Assembly (NCBI GenBank): GCA_965369385.1
Contig: CBDUQP010000002.1
Location: forward strand, 783-64,782
Length of the DNA stretch: 64,000 nucleotides
Source: an uncultured Phycisphaerales bacterium
Lineage (GTDB): Bacteria > Planctomycetota > Phycisphaerae > SM23-33
Direction: 5' to 3'
Position numbers and translations under genes: made by a program. Below, piece by piece: positions 57,973 to 64,000 of this stretch. The notes below the pieces were generated by a model. That model did no database searches. It saw nothing but the letters and a program-made list of their open reading frames with translations, and had not been told where the DNA came from. How positions within the stretch are numbered: position 1 is the first letter of the stretch; the number at the start of each line of letters is the position of its first letter.

Positions 57973-58012
57973 ACCTGCTCTGTGTGTGAGAATTCTTTCC
58001 TGCCAGAAAGAA
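57973..58012. promoter_or_regulatory. Strong inverted repeat GTGTGAGAATTCTTTC-ctgcca-GAAAGAATTCTCGCACAC (hairpin, operator or terminator)
   Basis: 16-bp arms with one extra base, read from the sequence. Located ~30 bp upstream of the -35 of the promoter at 58039. Confidence 0.5.
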
Positions 58013-58038
58013 TTCTCGCACACCTCAGCCCTCTCCGC

Positions 58039-58067
58039 ATGCTTATATCTTGACATCAGGTACCAAT
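58039..58067 (+). promoter_or_regulatory. Consensus-like sigma70 promoter TTGACA-17-TATCAT for the GH5-SGNH gene
   Basis: -35 at 58039-58044, -10 at 58062-58067, ~65 bp upstream of ATG 58132. Confidence 0.5.
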
Positions 58068-58131
58068 CCTAATATCATAGCAATTAGTGTATTAGTGTAT
58101 CTTTCCGCCGCCCCACGGAGACATCGCCCCC

Positions 58132-59940
58132 ATGAGAATGCCCATTGCCCCGGCCATCAGAACCCAATGCATCCTTACTCTTTGCTTGATCGCCATCACG
58201 TGTTCGCCGGCGTTCGGCAAATCTCGTGCTGCCAACGCCAGCAAGAAAACGATATATCGCGGGTTCACCGTAGCCACGCTCGACAAGAAGATGCTGCAGG
58301 CCGCCATTGACGATTGGGGCGCTAACCAGGTTCGCTACATGATATGCCCGTCGTGGCGGGCGCGTAGTCTCGGTGCAAAGACGCTCCAGGAGTCCTGGCA
58401 GAAACTGCTGGCCAAACTGCCCGAGGGGCTGGACAACGCAAAGGAACTCGGCCTGGCGGTTATCATCGATCTGCACCAGATCCCCAACGACAAACCCAAC
58501 AGGCCCTACCCCAAAGGTCGCAAGAAAGCCTCTCGCGCGTGGTGGCTGGACAAGAGCAACCGCCGCGTAATGCTTGACTGCTGGAAGCAACTGGCGAGGA
58601 TCACTGCCGCCAGACGCGATCAGGTGATCTGGCTGGAGATCTATAACGAACCGCTCGATTGGAAGAGTTTCCCACGATACCCCAAACTCTGGCCCCGCTG
58701 GGCGCAGGACGGTATCGACGTAGTCCGCAAGATAGACAAACACAACCCCATCGTGATCGCATCGGGCCCGGGCAGCCTGTGCTGGGGCTTCAAGGGATTC
58801 CCTCTACTCAAGGGCCGCGGGGGTGAGATAATCTATTCGCTGCACGCCTACGAACCACACACCTATACGCATCAGGGTGTGAGCACCGAGTGGCCCAATG
58901 CAGTGGACTGGCCCGCCGGCGGAGTTGGGCGAATAGAGAAGATGCTGAGCGCGGCCATCAGATTCCAGAAGAGACACAAAGTGCGGATGCACGTGGGCGA
59001 ATTCAGCGTGGCCCGCTGGGCACCCGGCGCAGCCAATTACATAAGCGACTGCATCGAAGTGTTCGAGAAGCACGGCTGGGACTGGAACTATCACGCATTC
59101 CGGGAAGCAGGCGTCTGGAGCCTCGAAAGGGGTGTGCAGACCGCACTGGTGCGGACAATGCCCGATGGCACGAAGAAGACCTTCGCAGGCGTAGCCCGCC
59201 CAGGCGCGAAGAACATTGGATATGCCAAATACGGCGCCCCTCATGGGCTGAAGTTCACCTCCGTTGAAGGAGATGGTGAAATGGCAAGGGTAGTCCGCAG
59301 AGGCCTGAAGCTCAATGGCACTGCCACCAAGGCTAAGGCCCAGGCCAAACAGCGAATCCGCAAGATACTCATCATCGGTAACAGCCTCACCAGCCACGGA
59401 GCCGCCAAATACCTTGACTGGTCCAACAACTGCGGGATGGCCGCCACCAGCGTGGACAAAGACTACGTCCACCAACTGTACAAGATAATCTGCGAGTACC
59501 AGACCGGCGCGAAACCGAAACTCAAACTCGGCGTCATCGGCAGGGAGTGGATGATGGTCGGACACGATCACCTCGTGCCCACCGATGCGGACATAATCAT
59601 CGTGCAGCTCGGCGACAACTATCGCGGTAAGGCCAACAAGGAAGAACTTCAGGACACTTACGCAACGATGCTCACCGCACTGAAGGGTGACCGCGACGTG
59701 CTTATCTACTGCCTGGGCACGTGGGGTGGCGGCGGGCGAGACAAGTTCATGAAGGCTGCCGCCAAAAGTCAGGGTGCCAAGTTCATCCCACTCAGACCGC
59801 TGGCCACTCCCGCCAACTGTGCAGGCTCGGAAGGCCACTTCACAAATGCCGGCGTAAACTGGCACCCGGGCAACCGAGGCATGAAGGCCATCGCCGATAC
59901 AGTATGGAAAGTGATCAAAGCAGACCTCGACGCCAAGTGA
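58132..59940 (+). CDS. Secreted bifunctional protein: N-terminal GH5 glycoside hydrolase domain fused to C-terminal SGNH/GDSL hydrolase (esterase) domain
   Basis: Signal peptide. GH5 acid/base LEIYNEP and nucleophile region VGEFS. C-terminal SGNH blocks ILIIGNSLTSHG and DADIIIVQLGDNY. Confidence 0.75.
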   Translation: MRMPIAPAIRTQCILTLCLIAITCSPAFGKSRAANASKKTIYRGFTVATLDKKMLQAAIDDWGANQVRYMICPSWRARSLGAKTLQESWQKLLAKLPEGLDNAKELGLAVIIDLHQIPNDKPNRPYPKGRKKASRAWWLDKSNRRVMLDCWKQLARITAARRDQVIWLEIYNEPLDWKSFPRYPKLWPRWAQDGIDVVRKIDKHNPIVIASGPGSLCWGFKGFPLLKGRGGEIIYSLHAYEPHTYTHQGVSTEWPNAVDWPAGGVGRIEKMLSAAIRFQKRHKVRMHVGEFSVARWAPGAANYISDCIEVFEKHGWDWNYHAFREAGVWSLERGVQTALVRTMPDGTKKTFAGVARPGAKNIGYAKYGAPHGLKFTSVEGDGEMARVVRRGLKLNGTATKAKAQAKQRIRKILIIGNSLTSHGAAKYLDWSNNCGMAATSVDKDYVHQLYKIICEYQTGAKPKLKLGVIGREWMMVGHDHLVPTDADIIIVQLGDNYRGKANKEELQDTYATMLTALKGDRDVLIYCLGTWGGGGRDKFMKAAAKSQGAKFIPLRPLATPANCAGSEGHFTNAGVNWHPGNRGMKAIADTVWKVIKADLDAK

Positions 59941-59973
59941 ACCCGCGATGACAGGCCGGGATCGTACGGCTTG

Positions 59974-62900
59974 CTATCGCCAGAATCGCAGGATGCGGAC
60001 TTCGCCCGGGCCCAGTTGCATGGGGACTTTTGCGGCCCGCATTCGTACGCCTGCGCGGATGTCTTCTATGTTATAGGGGCGTTTGAAACGAACCGATGTG
60101 GATACCGGCTTGACGTCACGATTGATCACGTACACCAGCGACTTTCCGTCACGCTCCACGAAGTACAGATGCGCCGGTCTGTCGGTGACTGCGGGTAGGT
60201 TGACATAAGGCTTCACCAGTTGCTTCAGCTCGGCGGATGTTTTGTCTGTCTGGCTGAATCCATATGCCGACACCACGACTGTGCCCTTGCCCACTTTGCG
60301 GCTGACTATTGCGGGGCTGCCATCTGCGAATTTAGCGATAACCTTCGCACCAGCAGCCTTTATTTGCCACCGGTGCGCCTTGGGTGATGTGAACTTGGCC
60401 CGGAGCTTTCCGGCGGCTGCGAACACAACCGCCTTGGCGGGCCCACGTCCAGTCACTTCCACGCCGCACACACGCTTCAGGAAGTCACCACTCTTGAACG
60501 CATACTGGTCATACACGCCGGCCGGTCCGCTGAGAATCAGCCTGCCGCCCGCACGGACATACTTCTCAAGCATGTCCGCGTGCTGCTTGTTCATGAATAT
60601 GCCCTGCGGAACGATCAGCACCGGGTATTTCGAAATGTCGGGATTGTTCGGGCCAATCGGATCGCTCTGGATGTCCAGCGAACTGTAAAGAGTGTTGAAG
60701 ATTGCCACCTGATCGCGGGCACTGAACATAACGTCGGTCTGGATTTCGCTGCCGGCTTCCTGGGCTATGCTCTCCGGCATTTCCATCAGTGCGACCTGCG
60801 AGACGGCCTTGGCCCCATCGAGCTCACCTGCCACACGCGCGAACTCCTTTGCTGCGTACTTGAGGCCGAACATTTGCCTTCGCCACGTCACGTGCGATGG
60901 CGCGTACATGTTATATACCTCAACGCCCGCCCCGCCCGGTGCGTGAATGTGGAAGGTTCGCACGCCGCGCGAAATGCATGTCCAGAAGTTGCGCGCGGCG
61001 GCCGCCATGTTCACGTTCTCGCTACTGAGCTTAGGCATGGCCCACTGGCCGTCCGGCCCGCGATGCAACGTGCCCTTGAAGTCATACGGGCCGTCGACGC
61101 CGAGCATGTAATATTCCGAAAGTCCGGGGGTAGCCTTGTTGCACTGGGCCCGCATCTGGTCGAGCGAATACAGGCTCCAGATATGAACACCGCCGACATC
61201 GAGGTGTTTCGTGAGACGGTAGTAAGGTGCGCGGGCGCGGCTTGCGATTGTGTTGGGCATGCCGGCGGTAGTGAGTTCACTGAGGCGGTCTCGCACGTAC
61301 TTGTCAGGCGAGATCCGCTTGATGGTCTCATAGTCCCGGCGAAAATGGTTCACGTAGACGTCATCTTCGAACTGTCGCCACTCGTGCCACATCGCGCGAC
61401 GAGCTTTCGGCCCCATGCCATGTTTGCGAAGCAGTTCGAATGCCGGCGGAACGATTGTATCGAAATCCCTATAGCTGCTGCGATGCACTCTGTTCAGCGA
61501 GGCAACAGTCTTGTACTTCTTCGCCAACCACTTTCGGAACTCCGCCACGGGCCCGGCAAACTGCATCATCCCTGGAGACGATTCGTTGTCCACATCATAG
61601 CCGACCACTTCCGGCGTGTTCTTGTAGTACTCGACTACCTTCTCGAGAACCGCCTGGCGGCGAGACAGGAACAGCTCGCTGGTATAGTTGGGCGAATACC
61701 GAAAGCGACCTTTGCTGACTTCGTACGGCTTGGCTACCAACGGGACGCCCTTGTGGAAGTATGAATAATCCCCGCCAGTCCAGCCGAAGTAGTCGCTCGG
61801 ATCCACGCTGATGAACGCATTCCACCCCTTGTCTTTGCAGGCACGAATCAGATCGTCATACACCCACAGGTTCAGATCCTCATCGTCCACCGTGGTAGCG
61901 TCGGCTTTGCGTTTCACGAAGTAGACCATCGAAACATGCCCAGCCAGCGAATTGAAGCCGACAATCTCCATCTGCTCCATCATTCGCTTGATGGCATGCT
62001 CGCGAACGCCGTGATTGGAGTTGAACCCGCTGCAATACGAAACGCCATTACCGTGCGGGCCAACGCTCGCCGGTTTGCCGGATTTCACAATGATCGGCGT
62101 GAGCTTCTTGCCGGCGGCGGCTTCGTTCTTCAGCGATTTGCCCGCAACCTCCGTTCTGTCTGCGAGATCGCGACTGGCGGCGAGGGCCTTTGCGTACTGC
62201 GAGAGAGCTTCGGCGAGCTTGAAGTGAGTGTAGATGCGGTCGGCGTCCTGAACGAGAGCGTTAATCCTGCTGACTTCCTTCTGGAGCGGTGCGACTACGC
62301 CTGGTTTGCCCAGATAGACAGCCAATGCCCGCACATTTTCCAAATCCGCGATCACGCGCGAGTGAACGTCAAACACGTCCTGACGCGCGCGCTGGATAAC
62401 GGGAATCTTGCCGAGGAACCTGGCGGTGTCCTCGCGGCCGGTGAGCCAGTAGAGCATCTGGGCGTAGTAATTGGCCTTCTCCCATGACCAACGGTACATG
62501 GCGATGATGCCCATATACGAATTGAAATCATATGGCATCGCAATAAACAGCACGCGACCCTTGCCAACTCGCCCATGCACAATCGCAGGCATCCCGTTGG
62601 AGAACTTCGCGATTACCTCGGCGCCCCTGGCGACCTTGACCGGATAAGTAATACGGCTGGGCGAGGTAGTTTCGCATGTCGATGCCGACGAACATCGGGT
62701 GGTTCGCGTCAACGGGCTCAACTGTTATGCAGTCTTTCTTGTCGGCGACGATTACCGGGAGCTTGCCGGCGAGCGTGACTGGCATTATTTCGCGAAGGAT
62801 GCCGAGTTCTTTAACCGGCGGCCGCGCTATTACGAGCGATCCGCCGCCCTTCACGAAATCGACAATCTTCTTTGCCTCGGCCGCGTTGGGAACACCTTTT

Positions 62901-64000
62901 GTAATCCCGTTGAGCTTGGCCCCCATCAGCAGCACATCGTCCTGGCCGGGCACCACACCGTAACCGCGCGTGGCGGTGATGCCCTTCACATTGAGCTTCT
63001 TGGGGTCCAGCCATCCGGCGACGACACCGGCTCCGCTACCGATGCGATACTGCAACTTCGGCAGCACCGGCGGACCGGCGGACCGCGGGGGGGCTGGCAA
63101 TCTCAGCCACTTACTGGAAAGCGTCATCGCCACGATACCGTTCAGGGCGTTGCCTTCGCCACGTTTTTCTATGCGGATGGCCTTTATCGCGACGCCCGGA
63201 CGCTTTATGCGGAAGCTCGACAGACCGATGCGGATGCGGGCTTTGGCGTTGGAACCTTCCCATACGGAAATGAAGTTCTCAGCCGACTCGGTGCCCCAGA
63301 AATTCAGGCTGTCGCGGCCGAACATTATCTCGTGCGATTCGGTCTTCCCGTCGGCATAGCAGATCACAAACGCACCGATGACCTTGCCCATATCGCGAGG
63401 CCCGCTCCATCCCGAAGCGTGCAGGACGTGCAAGCCGCCTGCGGTTACAGATTCGAGCGGAACAGAAACCTGTCGCGGGAAGCTCTCGCCATGCCTGGCA
63501 CTGCCCTTGATGATTATGGTTGATTTGCCGTGGTTGGCGGCTGGGTCTATCACGTCGAACGCGATACCCTTGAACATTCGCCTGCCAACGGGAAAATCGG
63601 CCAAATCATTGGTGGAGCCCTCGTCAAACCAGCCGCCCACGCCGTCACCAGATGCGTTATCGGCAAAGTCCATATTGCAACTGCTTCGCATGTCAACGGT
63701 GGTGAATGCCAGATCCTGACCATCGCCGAAGGCAATTCGCAATGAGAATTCAGCGCCCCTGTCGCCGGGCCTCACGAACACCCTGCGGTTGGCGAACTTG
63801 GGATTGCGTCGCGTGTCCTCAAAAGCGAACACACGTCTGCCAACGGATGATATGGTGATATCGCCAACGCCTTCGCCGCCCAGATGCAGCCTCCTGAGAC
63901 CGCCAAGCGTGGGATTCCTGTAGACCGCGTCAACTACGAGCTTACCGCGTCTTTCCTTGCCCGAGGCGTATCGCCCGATAAAGTCGGCCCCGCGGATTGC
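59974..64000 (-). pseudogene. GH42-like beta-galactosidase family protein (more than 1340 aa). Frame interrupted by a +1 frameshift near 62640-62650. The 5' end lies beyond the window.
   Basis: Track ORFs 62528-63832 and 59974-62721 overlap by 194 bp in different frames. Meaningful sequence ends in the first at ..VDANHPMFVGIDMRNYLAQPYYL and resumes in the second at YPVKVARGAEVIAKFSNGMPAIVHGRVGKGRVLFIAMPYDF, which repeats the later QIKAAGAKVIAKFADGSPAIVSRKVGKGTVVVSAYGF module. Flanking residues in each frame are low-complexity out-of-frame translation. GH42 features: ..VVGYDVDNESS.. and the trimerisation/GATase-like ..KYPVLIVPQGIFMNKQHADMLEKYVRAGGRLILSGP... Upstream, the frame stays open to 64000. 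Confidence 0.55.

Noticed and set aside
62655-62721. Treating 59974-62721 and 62528-63832 as two genuinely overlapping genes
   Set aside because: The 5' 25 codons of the downstream ORF and the 3' 30 codons of the upstream ORF are low-complexity (S/T- or R/G-rich). Real sequence continuity is obtained by a single +1 shift, and a domain module is repeated across the junction.

Overview
High-GC 64-kb chromosomal segment consistent with an anaerobic, saccharolytic bacterium of the PVC group (Planctomycetota/Lentisphaerota/Kiritimatiellota-like). The lineage guess rests on the prepilin-type '[16 protein letters not shown]' H-x9-DG (DUF1559) protein, PEP-CTERM proteins, many glycoside hydrolases and a trimeric [FeFe] hydrogenase.

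Gene content, start to end:
- A chemotaxis operon cheA-cheW-cheB on the minus strand (cheB runs off the 5' edge), with a divergent HPt/pseudo-receiver gene.
- An AraC/PocR regulator plus an Fe-alcohol dehydrogenase.
- Two paralogous LacI-regulator/surface-protein modules, one of them decayed.
- A GntR-PBP regulator and two URO-D-like genes.
- An AraC-controlled hydB-hydA-hydC electron-bifurcating [FeFe] hydrogenase operon.
- ThuA-like, Gfo/Idh/MocA and VanX-like genes.
- A thiolase/3-hydroxybutyryl-CoA dehydrogenase/SDR reductase/CoA-transferase (C4 acyl-CoA) cluster.
- A long minus-strand glycan-utilisation operon: GH, sugar isomerase, ceramidase-like hydrolase, DegT aminotransferase, AraC, GH5, HGSNAT-like acetyltransferase.
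- A YtrA-GntR/ABC module, a GH5-SGNH fusion and a frameshifted GH42-like gene that runs off the 3' edge.

No rRNA, tRNA or CRISPR array was recognised.

The most unusual signals are non-coding:
1. A 362-bp MITE-like element with ~65-bp terminal inverted repeats and a perfect 12-bp target-site duplication, inserted exactly between the RBS/start codon and the promoter of a 593-aa secreted protein of unknown function.
2. A REP/BIME-like family of ~100-200-bp structured repeats built from GGGGAC(A/T)GTCCCC palindromes, present in four copies, each immediately 3' of a gene stop.

Several decay signatures are also present: a LacI gene with a 1-bp insertion in an A4 run, a PEP-CTERM gene with two in-frame stops, a GH42-like gene with a +1 frameshift, AraC HTH-only remnants and sialidase-like fragments.
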